Assembly: GCA_963830915.1 (NCBI GenBank)
Contig: CAWHOE010000006.1
Coordinates: 64,001-128,000, forward strand
Length of the DNA stretch: 64,000 nucleotides
Origin: a candidate division FCPU426 bacterium
GTDB lineage: Bacteria > Oederibacteriota > Muellerivitia > Muellerivitales > Muellerivitaceae
Direction of reading: 5' to 3'
Positions 43,134 through 54,809 of this stretch are shown here, piece by piece. The notes under the pieces were generated by a model, which was not told the DNA's origin, did not search any database, and saw only the letters and a list, made by a program, of their open reading frames with translations. The stretch's first letter is position 1. Each line of letters begins with the position of its first letter. A program made the position numbers and the translations under genes.

Positions 43134-43171
43134 AAAAAAAGCCCCGCCCCCTTTAAGGGAACAGGGCTTTT
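43134..43171 (-). terminator. Probable intrinsic terminator downstream of nrdJ
   Basis: AAAAGCCC...GGGCTTTT inverted repeat followed by a T7 run on the minus strand. Confidence 0.6.
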
Positions 43172-43261
43172 ACAGCCTAAATTAGCCTCTCCCCGGTCAA
43201 GGGGAGTGGGTGTTTCCTCAGATCAACCCATTCGACTCACTGCGTTCGCTCAGGGTCAATA

Positions 43262-46075
<2,814 letters not shown>

Positions 46076-46473
46076 GCATCCTCCTCAAGATATTAAAAAA
46101 ATGGCCAAGATTTTCTTCCTGAGGTTAACCCCTGGTTAACTCAGCTGAAGGAACTTGGGTTGTTGTGGGTGTTGAACGGAATGGTTTGGAGCAGGCCGTC
46201 TGAGTGGCTTGAAACTAGACTGGTCCTTTTTTCCAAATGGCCATTGTAGGGAAAGTGGGCTATGCAGTGGTTTACGCGCGACATTCGTCTATCCCGGCTT
46301 AAATCCCCCTTTTTTGGCGTTTGCTGTCTTTTATAGCTCGGGATGAACAGCGGGTTTGCCAGCCCGCTAAAAAAACCGATCAAAAGACTTCTTATAACCA
46401 CCAAAAAATTCGGCCAACTTGGCTATCCCCTCTTTGAATATTGAGGCCAAAAAGGGCAAAAATCGTTATTTTC

Positions 46474-46527
46474 ACACCATATTTAGTCGACCGTCACTAT
46501 ATATACCACCAGCCTTTGTGTTGTCAA
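46474..46527 (-). promoter_or_regulatory. nrdJ promoter with tandem NrdR-like boxes
   Basis: ACACCATATTTAGTCG at 46474-46489 and a weaker CCACCAGCCTTTGTGT at 46506-46521, 32 bp apart, resemble acaCwAtATaTwGtgt. They overlap minus-strand TTGACA (46522-46527) and a TATATA -10 region. Confidence 0.65.
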
Positions 46528-46735
46528 AGGAAATATAACCACTTTTTCCAGTATGAAAAAGACTATTTTTGGCCTTTTTAAAGGTTTTTTGAGGTCCCCA
46601 GGTGCCCCTTTTTTTGTTCAAAAAGTCCTTTGGTCACAATAAGGGCATTCTATTTGGAGTTTTCACGTTTAGAAAAGCGTTCCAATTTGAGAGTGGTGAA
46701 ATGTTGGTATCTTTTGTGAAACCTAAAGGTAAATG

Positions 46736-46788
46736 AGCCACCGATGCGCGAAGTCTCCTATCAGGAATTCTAATGGCCATCGGTGGCT
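46736..46788. repeat. Intergenic inverted-repeat element (CCAC...GTGG family)
   Basis: AGCCACCGATG...CATCGGTGGCT, 11-bp perfect arms. Confidence 0.6.
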
Positions 46789-46827
46789 AAAACATGATTT
46801 GTTTTGATGCGGTCTATCGCTGTTCCG

Positions 46828-48138
46828 TCAGACCCCTTTGGCTTTCAACTGAGCCGCCAGTTCCTCGTAACCCTTTTTCCCCAGCAGAGCGAACATGTTC
46901 TTCTTGTACGCTTCCACACCGGGCTGATCGAAAGGATTGACGCCCAACAAGGTTCCCGAGATTCCGCAACCCATCTCGAAGAAATAAAAAAGATATCCCA
47001 GGGTATATTCGGAGATGTTGTCCAGGGTCAGACGGATCACCGGTAAGCCCCCGTCCCGATGAGCCACGGCCGTTCCCTTGAAGGCCTGCTCGTTGACCCA
47101 AGAAAGTTTCTTGCCCGCCAGGAAATTCAATCCTTCCCGGTCGTCCTTATCCTTGGGGATGATGACATCCTTCTCTTCTTTCTTCACCCAGATCATGGTC
47201 TCCAAAAGGGTGCGGCGTCCTTCCTGCAGGTATTGGCCCATGCTGTGAAGATCGGTGGTCAGGTCCACGCTGGCTGGGAAGATGCCCTTTCCTTCTTTGC
47301 CTTCCGATTCCCCGTACAGTTGTTTCCACCACTCGCTGACGAAGTGCAGTTCGGGCTTGAAGTTGGCCATGACCTCGGTGGTATTCCCTTTCTGATATAG
47401 AAGGAACCGGGCGGCGGCGTATTGGGCCGACAGATTCTTGGAAAGATCCGTGGACTGGCAATCCTTGGCCGCGTCCTGGGCGCCCTTCAGGAGTTTGCCG
47501 ATATCAAAACCGGCGATGGCGATGGGCAATAACCCTACCGGGGTCAGGACCGAGAACCGGCCTCCCACATCGTCCGGAATGACGAAGGTTTGGTACCCTT
47601 CGGCGTCCGCCATTCCCTTCAACGCTCCCCTGGCCTGATCGGTCACCGCCACGATGCGTTTGCGGGCCTTCTTCTTGCCCGCGCCGTTCTCCAACCATGA
47701 TTTTAGGATGCGGAAAGCCACGGCCGGTTCGGTGGTGGTGCCAGATTTAGAGATGACGCAGATCCCGGTCTTTTTGGGGTTCAGGTCTTTGATCAATTTA
47801 TCGAACGAGGTGGGCGACAGATGGTGCCCCGCATAATGGATCCGGGTCGAGCCGCCCAGCGCCTCGATGGCGGCCTTGGTCCCCAGGTAGGAACCGCCGA
47901 TGCCCACGCATACCACGTCGTCGCATTTATCGAAGGGTTTGACCGCCTTTTTCAGGGCCGGGAGCTGTTTGGCCGCTTCGAAGGGAAGTGTGATCCAGCC
48001 CAGGAAATCCGAACCCCGCCCTGTCTTTTCCAGAAGGGATTTCAAGGCCGAAAGCACCTGGGGTTCCAGCGCTTTGATGTCCTGTTCTGTCACGAATTCC
48101 GACAGATAAGCCATATCCAACGAGATGGGTTGAGGCAT
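46828..48138 (-). CDS. pgi: Glucose-6-phosphate isomerase
   Basis: GIGGSYLG, VISKSGTTTEP, DVGGRFSVLTPVGL, EWWKQLYGESEGK, DLHSMGQ and NPFDQPGVEAYK motifs. Confidence 0.98.
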   Translation of the reverse strand: MPQPISLDMAYLSEFVTEQDIKALEPQVLSALKSLLEKTGRGSDFLGWITLPFEAAKQLPALKKAVKPFDKCDDVVCVGIGGSYLGTKAAIEALGGSTRIHYAGHHLSPTSFDKLIKDLNPKKTGICVISKSGTTTEPAVAFRILKSWLENGAGKKKARKRIVAVTDQARGALKGMADAEGYQTFVIPDDVGGRFSVLTPVGLLPIAIAGFDIGKLLKGAQDAAKDCQSTDLSKNLSAQYAAARFLLYQKGNTTEVMANFKPELHFVSEWWKQLYGESEGKEGKGIFPASVDLTTDLHSMGQYLQEGRRTLLETMIWVKKEEKDVIIPKDKDDREGLNFLAGKKLSWVNEQAFKGTAVAHRDGGLPVIRLTLDNISEYTLGYLFYFFEMGCGISGTLLGVNPFDQPGVEAYKKNMFALLGKKGYEELAAQLKAKGV

Positions 48139-48256
48139 GTAACGCTCCTTGAACTTAAGTTTGAAGTAACCAGATGACAATCGACAGTTCATTCAACCTA
48201 TTCATTTAATAATGGTTGGCTGTCGACGGTGGGCTGTGGACTGCCAACTGTTTTTA

Positions 48257-49927
48257 TTAGCGGATCTTGAATTTTTCCACCATGGACTTCAATTCTTCCG
48301 CCATCGCGGAAAGTTCCTTGAAGGTCGCGTTGACCTGTTCCATAGAGGCGGTCTGCTCCTCGGTGGAGGCCGACACTTCCTCGGTGGAAGCCGCGGACTG
48401 TTCCGAGACGGCGTTGATGTCCTGGATGCTGTTGACGATCTTGGTGTACCGCTGGTTCTGCAGGGCCACCAGGGCGGAAATGCTCTTGCTGAACTGCTCC
48501 ACGTTCTCGATGACCTCGACGATCTCGTCCAGGGATTTTTCCATCTGACGAATGCCGTTCTTGCTGACCTCCGCCTCCTTGGCGCTCTTTTCCATGGAAT
48601 CCACCGCCACCTGGGTCTCGTCCTGGATCTGCTGGATGAGGTTCCCGATCTCCTCCGTGGCTTTCCCGACCCGGTCCGCTAACGATCGTATCTCTTCCGC
48701 CACGACCGCGAAACCTTTTCCGTGCTCGCCGGCGCGGGCGGCCTCGATGGCGGCGTTAAGGGACAACAGGTTGGTCTGTTCCGAGATACCCGAGATGATC
48801 TCCACGACCCGGCCGATCTCCTTGCCCTTCACCCCCAGGTGATGGATGCCTTCCGAGTTCTTCAGGATGGTCTCGTTGAGGCTGGCCATGCGATCGATCG
48901 TGCCGCGGGCCATCTTGCCCCCGGCCTGGGCGGTCAGGGTGGCTTTGTCCACGGCGCTGGAGGTTTCCAGGGACTTGCGTTCCATTTCCTTCATGGTGTC
49001 CTGCATTTCCTGCATCAGGTGATGGACGTCGGCGATCTTGGCGGCCTGGTCCTCCGCGCCCTTGGCGATCTGCTGGATGGTCGAGGACACGTCCTCGCTC
49101 ATGGCCGAGACCTCGGCGGTGGAGACGGTCATGCTCTGGACCTGCTCGGACAGATGCTGGGAATGCTCCATGATACGAAGCACCATCGCCCTGATCTTGC
49201 CCATGAAAGAATTGAACCAATGGGCCATGTCCCCGATCTCGTCGTGGGTCTGGACCTTGATCTGGAAGCTCAGGTCCGCGTCGCCCTGGGAAAGGGCCTT
49301 CAGTTCGTTCTTGATGGCTTGGATCGGCCTCACCACGAAGAAGTGCAGCAGGGGTGTCAGGGCCAGGGTCACGATCAGGGCGATCAAAGCCGCCATGCCG
49401 CTTCCCTTCAAGATGGACTCGCGGGTCTGTTCGTCCACATTAATGAGGGGTATCTCCACATTCACCCCGCCCATCAGTTTGTTGGACGAGTCCTTCACCG
49501 GCACCAGGTAGCGAAGCACGTCGCCCTGTGGGGTCTTGAGGGTTTCCAGCCAGTAATTATGATGGGCTTGGGTCCATTGGAGCCTTTGCCTGGCGTCCCC
49601 CAAATGGCTGGAATATCCGGCCAGGGATTGGGTATGGACGAGGATCTTTCCTTCCGGGTCGAAGAGGGTGAGGGAATTGACATGGAACTGGTCGGAAACA
49701 TCCCCCAAAACCGAGCCTAGTTCCTCGAATCGGCTCTTTCGAATACAGAGGGAAAACTCGCTTTGAAGGGAGTTACAAACCAGGTTCAAGGCCTCGACCT
49801 GGCGATTCACCAGGGTGTTTTTCTGGCGGGCAATGGAGGCGTAACTGATGATCCCCTCGATGATGAAGATGGATAGGGAGAGGACCAGCGCGATTCGGAA
49901 GCTCAGTTTACGGAATAGCAAGATCAA
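48257..49927 (-). CDS. Methyl-accepting chemotaxis protein (2 TM, HAMP)
   Basis: [11 protein letters not shown] (HAMP) and [31 protein letters not shown] (signalling domain). Confidence 0.96.
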   Translation of the reverse strand: MILLFRKLSFRIALVLSLSIFIIEGIISYASIARQKNTLVNRQVEALNLVCNSLQSEFSLCIRKSRFEELGSVLGDVSDQFHVNSLTLFDPEGKILVHTQSLAGYSSHLGDARQRLQWTQAHHNYWLETLKTPQGDVLRYLVPVKDSSNKLMGGVNVEIPLINVDEQTRESILKGSGMAALIALIVTLALTPLLHFFVVRPIQAIKNELKALSQGDADLSFQIKVQTHDEIGDMAHWFNSFMGKIRAMVLRIMEHSQHLSEQVQSMTVSTAEVSAMSEDVSSTIQQIAKGAEDQAAKIADVHHLMQEMQDTMKEMERKSLETSSAVDKATLTAQAGGKMARGTIDRMASLNETILKNSEGIHHLGVKGKEIGRVVEIISGISEQTNLLSLNAAIEAARAGEHGKGFAVVAEEIRSLADRVGKATEEIGNLIQQIQDETQVAVDSMEKSAKEAEVSKNGIRQMEKSLDEIVEVIENVEQFSKSISALVALQNQRYTKIVNSIQDINAVSEQSAASTEEVSASTEEQTASMEQVNATFKELSAMAEELKSMVEKFKIR

Positions 49928-50027
49928 GACCTTTCGGGCCGCCTGATGATAATGAAGGTTCTATTCTAGACGAAAAACCAGCCCTAAACCATGAGCCAAT
50001 AGCTGGCAAAAACAACCAAATACATTG

Positions 50028-50101
50028 AACCACAGAGACACGGAGGCACAGCTTTTATTCATTCTTTTTTGATCTTTAATCTTTAGCTGTGTCTCCGTGG
50101 T
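50028..50101. repeat. Intergenic inverted-repeat element (CCAC...GTGG family)
   Basis: ACCACAGAGACACGGAGGCACAG...CTGTGTCTCCGTGGT. Confidence 0.65.
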
Positions 50102-50114
50102 GAAAAAATGTTTT

Positions 50115-51299
50115 CTAAAGGTGATGAGGCTTTACATCGTCCCCCTCTAGGAAAGACGAGATCATCTGGAGGCCCTGGGTGATGGAAGGCATGTCCTGGG
50201 CCAATTGCCTGGCCTGTTCGCCCGTGTTGGCCCGCCCAAAGCTGAACCTCAAACCTTCCTTGGCTTGTTTGGGATTCCGTCCCATGGCCAGCAGCACATG
50301 GGAAGGGGGCGCTGAGCCGGCCGCGCAGGCCGCGCCGGAGGAGACCGCGTAACCCTTGCCATCCAGGCTGTGCACCAAGGTTTCCCCCTCGATGCCGGGA
50401 AGGGTGATGTTCAGGATGCCGGGCACCCTTTTCTCCGGGTCTTCCGGCCCGTTCACTTTCAGGTCCGGGTAAGCTTCTTTCATTTTTTCCAGGAACACCT
50501 GGGCCATGACCCGTAACCGGCCAGGCTCGATGGTATCCGCGCAAATCTTTCTCGCCGCTTCGGCCATTCCCACGATACCCGCCACGTTCTCAGTCCCGCC
50601 CCGACGGTCCCGCTCCTGGCCTCCTCCCTGGATCAGGGGAACCAATTCGGTCCCCTTACGTTGGTAAACGAACCCCACGCCCTTGGGTCCGTAGATCTTG
50701 TGTCCCGAGACCGTGAGGAAATCGATATTGTATTTCTGAACGTCGATGGGGATCTTTCCGTAGGCCTGTACGGCGTCCGTGTGGAAGAGGATATTCCTTT
50801 CACGGGCGATCAATCCTATCTCGCCGAAAGGCTGGATGGTGCCGACCTCGTTGTTCGCCGCCATGATGGAGATCAACCCTGTCTCGCCGGGCCGTATGGC
50901 CTTTTGAATGTCCCTGGGATCGACCAAGCCTTCCGCGTTGACCGGTACCGCCGTTACCGAGTAGCCATGGTTGGTCAAGTAATCCGTGCATTCCAGCACA
51001 CAGCTGTGTTCCACGGCCGAGATGATGATGTGCCGGGCCTTGCCGTGAAAGGAGAATGCCGCGCCCTTGTGCACCATGTTCACGCCTTCGGTTCCTCCGC
51101 TAGTGAAGACGATCTCTTTGGGATCGGCGTTGAGGGTCTGGGCTATCTTTTCCCGGGCCCGCTCGATGGCCCCTCGGGCTTCCCGGCCTAGCGCGTGAAG
51201 GCTGGAAGGATTTCCATATTCTTCTTTCAAGAAAGGCATCATGGCCTCGAGGACTTTCTCATCCAGAGGGGTTGTGGCGGCGTGATCGAGATAGATCAT
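50115..51299 (-). CDS. iscS: Cysteine desulfurase (IscS/NifS group)
   Basis: IYLDHAATT, GNPSSLH, FTSGGTE, HTDAVQ, SGHKIYGPKG and SSGAAC motifs. Confidence 0.93.
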   Translation of the reverse strand: MIYLDHAATTPLDEKVLEAMMPFLKEEYGNPSSLHALGREARGAIERAREKIAQTLNADPKEIVFTSGGTEGVNMVHKGAAFSFHGKARHIIISAVEHSCVLECTDYLTNHGYSVTAVPVNAEGLVDPRDIQKAIRPGETGLISIMAANNEVGTIQPFGEIGLIARERNILFHTDAVQAYGKIPIDVQKYNIDFLTVSGHKIYGPKGVGFVYQRKGTELVPLIQGGGQERDRRGGTENVAGIVGMAEAARKICADTIEPGRLRVMAQVFLEKMKEAYPDLKVNGPEDPEKRVPGILNITLPGIEGETLVHSLDGKGYAVSSGAACAAGSAPPSHVLLAMGRNPKQAKEGLRFSFGRANTGEQARQLAQDMPSITQGLQMISSFLEGDDVKPHHL

Positions 51300-51349
51300 G
51301 GGTTTCCTTGTTTCGGTTCTTATCGAGGGGCTAGTTTATCATTTTCCAT

Positions 51350-52366
51350 TCAGGGAACTAGCAGGACTTTTCCTATATTCCTGCGTTCTTCCACGAATCG
51401 GAAGGCTTCCGCGGCTTCGGAGAATCGAAAAGTTCGGTCCACGATGGGTTTGATCCGTCCCTGCCCCGCGTCCTCCAATATCTCCTCCATCCAACCCCGG
51501 ACCTTTTCCGGCTCGTGCCAAAGGTGTCCCAGATTCACGCCGAAAACCCCCCGGTTCTGGTTCATCAAAGCAACGGGGTTGAAGAGGGGTATTCGGACGG
51601 CCAGACCCAAAAGCGATAGGATCTTTCCCGCTTTCCCTTCCGAGGCGCTGGAGACACCGAACATTCCCAGACGTCCAGTGGAGCGTAATAAGCGGTAATT
51701 CTTTTTCCAGTTGGCTCCGCCGACCGGGTCCAGGATCAGGTCCACTCCTTTCCCGCCTGTCAGGTCCAGTACCTGTTTTTCCCAATCCTTCTTTCGATAA
51801 TCGATTGGATGTTGAAGGCCCTGTTTCTTGAGGAATTCATGCTTGCCCGAACTGGCCGTACCCATGGTCACGGCTCCGACGCCCCGAGCGTATTGCAGGG
51901 CGGCCAAACCCACCCCTCCTCCCACGTTATGGATGAGGATGGTCTCTCCCTTGTTCAAGGAACCCATGACCTTCACTAATTGATAAGCCGTCAGGTAATT
52001 GACCGGAAGGGCAGCCCCTTCTTCCAGGGTCAGGCTTTCGGGAGTCTCGAATATCTGGTTGACGGAAAGATTGACCTTCTCCGAATAGCCTCCGAACCGA
52101 GTGAACGCGATGACTTCCTTCCCTATCCAGCTTGGAGGAACGCCCGGGCCCAACTCCTCCACAACGCCTGATATCTCATAACCCACCACGCAGGGTGGTT
52201 TGGGCGCGTCCGGATAAAGACCTTTCATAGCCATCAAGTCGGCGAAATTGAACCCCGCCGCCCTGACACCCACTGTCACCTCATTCTCACGGAGCGGGGG
52301 TAAGGAGACATCGCGAACTTCCAATACTTCCGGCCCGCCATAGCGGGTGATCCAGATTTGTTTCAT
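51350..52366 (-). CDS. Zinc-independent MDR-family NADPH:quinone oxidoreductase (VAT-1-like)
   Basis: YGGPEVL, GFNFAD, GYEISG, PVNYLTAY, GGGVGLAA and RRNIGKVLL motifs. Confidence 0.92.
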   Translation of the reverse strand: MKQIWITRYGGPEVLEVRDVSLPPLRENEVTVGVRAAGFNFADLMAMKGLYPDAPKPPCVVGYEISGVVEELGPGVPPSWIGKEVIAFTRFGGYSEKVNLSVNQIFETPESLTLEEGAALPVNYLTAYQLVKVMGSLNKGETILIHNVGGGVGLAALQYARGVGAVTMGTASSGKHEFLKKQGLQHPIDYRKKDWEKQVLDLTGGKGVDLILDPVGGANWKKNYRLLRSTGRLGMFGVSSASEGKAGKILSLLGLAVRIPLFNPVALMNQNRGVFGVNLGHLWHEPEKVRGWMEEILEDAGQGRIKPIVDRTFRFSEAAEAFRFVEERRNIGKVLLVP

Positions 52367-52394
52367 TTTTCTTTCATCCTTAAAATTCTATTTG

Positions 52395-52493
52395 AACCAC
52401 CAAGGACACCAAGTTCACCAATTTAGACAAAAAGAATATTTTTCTCTAAATCATTTTTCAGAATTCTTGGTGCCCTTGGTGAAATTGGTGGTC
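52395..52493. repeat. Inverted-repeat element (CCAC...GTGG family) overlapping a gene 3' end
   Basis: ACCACCAAGGACACCAAGTTCACCAA...TTGGTGCCCTTGGTGAAATTGGTGGT. A matching half-site CTTGGTGCCCTTGGTGGT occurs at about 54776-54793. Confidence 0.6.
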
Positions 52494-52861
52494 AAATTGT
52501 TGTAGACGTTTTGGAGAAGCCAACCAGCGACAAACCATTGGATATCGCCCAGCAACATGTAATTGAGCCCCATGGATAACAATGACGCATCCGAATAACC
52601 GATGGATGTTAAAAAACGGTTAAGGAATGGTTCCAGGTTCATCGCCAGGGTCAAAGGCATTCCTAGGATGAAGGCCCCGATCCAGTGCCATTCGGCCTCA
52701 GCCCCCGTGGCCGAGTAAACACTGACCGCCCCAGCAAAGACCACAGCTGAATAACCCAACGCGAGGGCCAATCCAAAACTCTTGAATTTCATCCTCCAAA
52801 GGACAACGGAGAAAACGATGGAGCAAAAAATGAAGAGCCCAGCCCAGAAGATCATGAACAT
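52451..52861 (-). CDS. Hypothetical membrane protein (about 4 TM)
   Basis: Hydrophobic 136-aa ORF co-oriented with its neighbours. Confidence 0.65.
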   Translation of the reverse strand: MFMIFWAGLFIFCSIVFSVVLWRMKFKSFGLALALGYSAVVFAGAVSVYSATGAEAEWHWIGAFILGMPLTLAMNLEPFLNRFLTSIGYSDASLLSMGLNYMLLGDIQWFVAGWLLQNVYNNLTTNFTKGTKNSEK

Positions 52862-52901
52862 TGATGGTTTCCAGTAAGAAAAGTGGTGTTGTCAGTTCAT
52901 A

Positions 52902-53477
52902 TTATTGTGCGGCAAAATCCTGAGGTCCGACTGATTGAACAACCATTTCGCTTTCCCCACCCCAAGAAATCGTTTTAAACCCATAATAATGTTTTGGATG
53001 ATTTTTAATCCACGTAATGAAACCAACAAATATTTTTGTTTCTTTTACAGGATGAAATCTTTTTTTAAACGTTTTTCCATCTTTTGAATCATAAACACAA
53101 TAACCCATTGCCTTATCAACTTTATTCCACGTCAAATAAGCTTTTCCATTAGAAGTCAAGATTTTAAATTTATCTGGTGGGTTAAGAATAATAACCCCGG
53201 AAAAATCCTTTGTCATAGGAAGGGGGGTCAGTTTACCTTCCGATATTTTCTGATTTGTTTCTAACTCTTCTTCGTTGCCCCTAGATTCCTTATCTGCATT
53301 TTCCCATTGATCATCTGTCCAAGTTGGAACCGGAGTAAAATTCGTGCTTTGAGCCATCGCGACTTCAGATAATAAAACTCCTACCGATATAAAAAGAAGG
53401 GGTATCCAAACCCCCGAAAGAGAGTTCTTTAATTTATCGCGGGACTGATTTATGAAAAGTTTTTTGATCTCTGGCAT
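52902..53477 (-). CDS. AT-rich hypothetical exported protein with a C-terminal FN3-like motif
   Basis: Hydrophobic N-terminal segment, then LNPP...YLTWNKV..AMGYCVY...YYGFKTI..GGES. Start could be as far up as 53498. Confidence 0.6.
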   Translation of the reverse strand: MPEIKKLFINQSRDKLKNSLSGVWIPLLFISVGVLLSEVAMAQSTNFTPVPTWTDDQWENADKESRGNEEELETNQKISEGKLTPLPMTKDFSGVIILNPPDKFKILTSNGKAYLTWNKVDKAMGYCVYDSKDGKTFKKRFHPVKETKIFVGFITWIKNHPKHYYGFKTISWGGESEMVVQSVGPQDFAAQ

Positions 53478-53554
53478 ACGGACACCTTCATACATCAATG
53501 CATCTTCAATAATTCTAAGCGAAGAATGATTCTTAATCCTAAATTAATAAATCC

Positions 53555-54004
53555 TCAGTTTTTGCTATATTCCAGGGCTTCTTCCAACACTTCTTCGGGC
53601 AAACCCCATTCCTTATAACCTTGCTTGACCTGCATCAAATAGCCCAGATTGGGTTGACCTAACGGAGGATTTTCTTGGGCCAGCCGATAACTAGCGGCGT
53701 TCACCTTTTCCCCGTTGTCCTTCTCAACGACCACCTCGAGCTTCTGATAGGTCCCCTTCTCGCAGGCCTCACACCGGTCCAGATATTGGATCATGACCTC
53801 TTCCAACTCATAAAGGTAACCGGGAACGAAAAGGGCGGGATCGGGAACCAGATTGGCCACTGGGCCTTTTCGTTCGGAGGAATGGCCCATGAAGGCCAGG
53901 CGGTAACCCTTGAGGATGGCGCGGGTGACGGGGCGGTTGCCCATGATGCGCCGCTCCATTTGAGCCCTCAGCAAACTACTTCCGTAGGCGAAATAAAGCG
54001 GCAT
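53555..54004 (-). CDS. Gamma-glutamylcyclotransferase family protein
   Basis: YFAYGSSL...QMERR, LKGYRLAF, ANLVP and LDRCE motifs. Confidence 0.9.
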   Translation of the reverse strand: MPLYFAYGSSLLRAQMERRIMGNRPVTRAILKGYRLAFMGHSSERKGPVANLVPDPALFVPGYLYELEEVMIQYLDRCEACEKGTYQKLEVVVEKDNGEKVNAASYRLAQENPPLGQPNLGYLMQVKQGYKEWGLPEEVLEEALEYSKN

Positions 54005-54027
54005 CAAAACCACCCGAAAAAAATATT

Positions 54028-54149
54028 AGCCACAGATTCATGGGATTCACGCAGATGGCAAAAAGAAAATAATTCCAAACCATTTTTTTGTTTATCCATT
54101 TGCATCCCATGCATCCGTGGCAAATTTTCTTTGCCTTACATCTGTGGTT
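54028..54149. repeat. Intergenic inverted-repeat element (CCAC...GTGG family)
   Basis: AGCCACAGATTCATGGGATTCACGCAGATGG...CCATTTGCATCCCATGCATCCGTGGC...CATCTGTGGTT. Confidence 0.6.
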
Positions 54150-54182
54150 ACAAACAAATTTTTAAAATCAGTGGCAAAGACT

Positions 54183-54725
54183 TTATTCTTTTGTTGCGCC
54201 GTTTGGATTGAGGGAATCCATATTCGGCCCCATTAAGGTCGCGTTGGTGGAAACCTGGCTGGCGATGGTGATATGGAGCGGCGCGCCGCTCTGGCAGAGG
54301 TGGAAGATGGCCACCCTGGGCTCAAGTCGATTGCCCACTCCCAATACCGCCTGTTCCCCTTCCCGGTCCAGTTGGAAGGTCTTGGTGAAAACGCATTCTG
54401 GCAAGGGCGCCCAAGGAGGATCGTTCGGCCCCACTTCCGCCTGAAGGGTGGCGTGCTCATTGTCCTTCCGGTTTGCGGCTGTCAGATAGATCTTCCAGTA
54501 CCAGTTCTGGGGCACCTTCATCTGGAAATACCGGCACTCGTTGGCGGCCATCACCAGGTTGTAGGTCTTGAAAGGATCCAATACCGCCGGGTTATCCTGT
54601 GTGCCGGTCAAGCCATCCCGCAATTTGATATCAGGGACATTCTCCAGGCCCATGTCCCTGGCGACCTCGCCGCATGAAACCAAACCCATGCTCAGTATTA
54701 GAAGGAATAAAAATTGCAGTCTCAT
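54183..54725 (-). CDS. Hypothetical lipoprotein
   Basis: MRLQFLFLLILSMGLVSC lipobox. AGAGGT RBS. Confidence 0.75.
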   Translation of the reverse strand: MRLQFLFLLILSMGLVSCGEVARDMGLENVPDIKLRDGLTGTQDNPAVLDPFKTYNLVMAANECRYFQMKVPQNWYWKIYLTAANRKDNEHATLQAEVGPNDPPWAPLPECVFTKTFQLDREGEQAVLGVGNRLEPRVAIFHLCQSGAPLHITIASQVSTNATLMGPNMDSLNPNGATKE

Positions 54726-54809
54726 AAAAACACCTCTAAAAATAACCTTTTTTTGTTTTCAATTAAAAAGTCTTTCTTGGTGCCCTTGGTGGTAAAAATT
54801 ATGTTTTGC

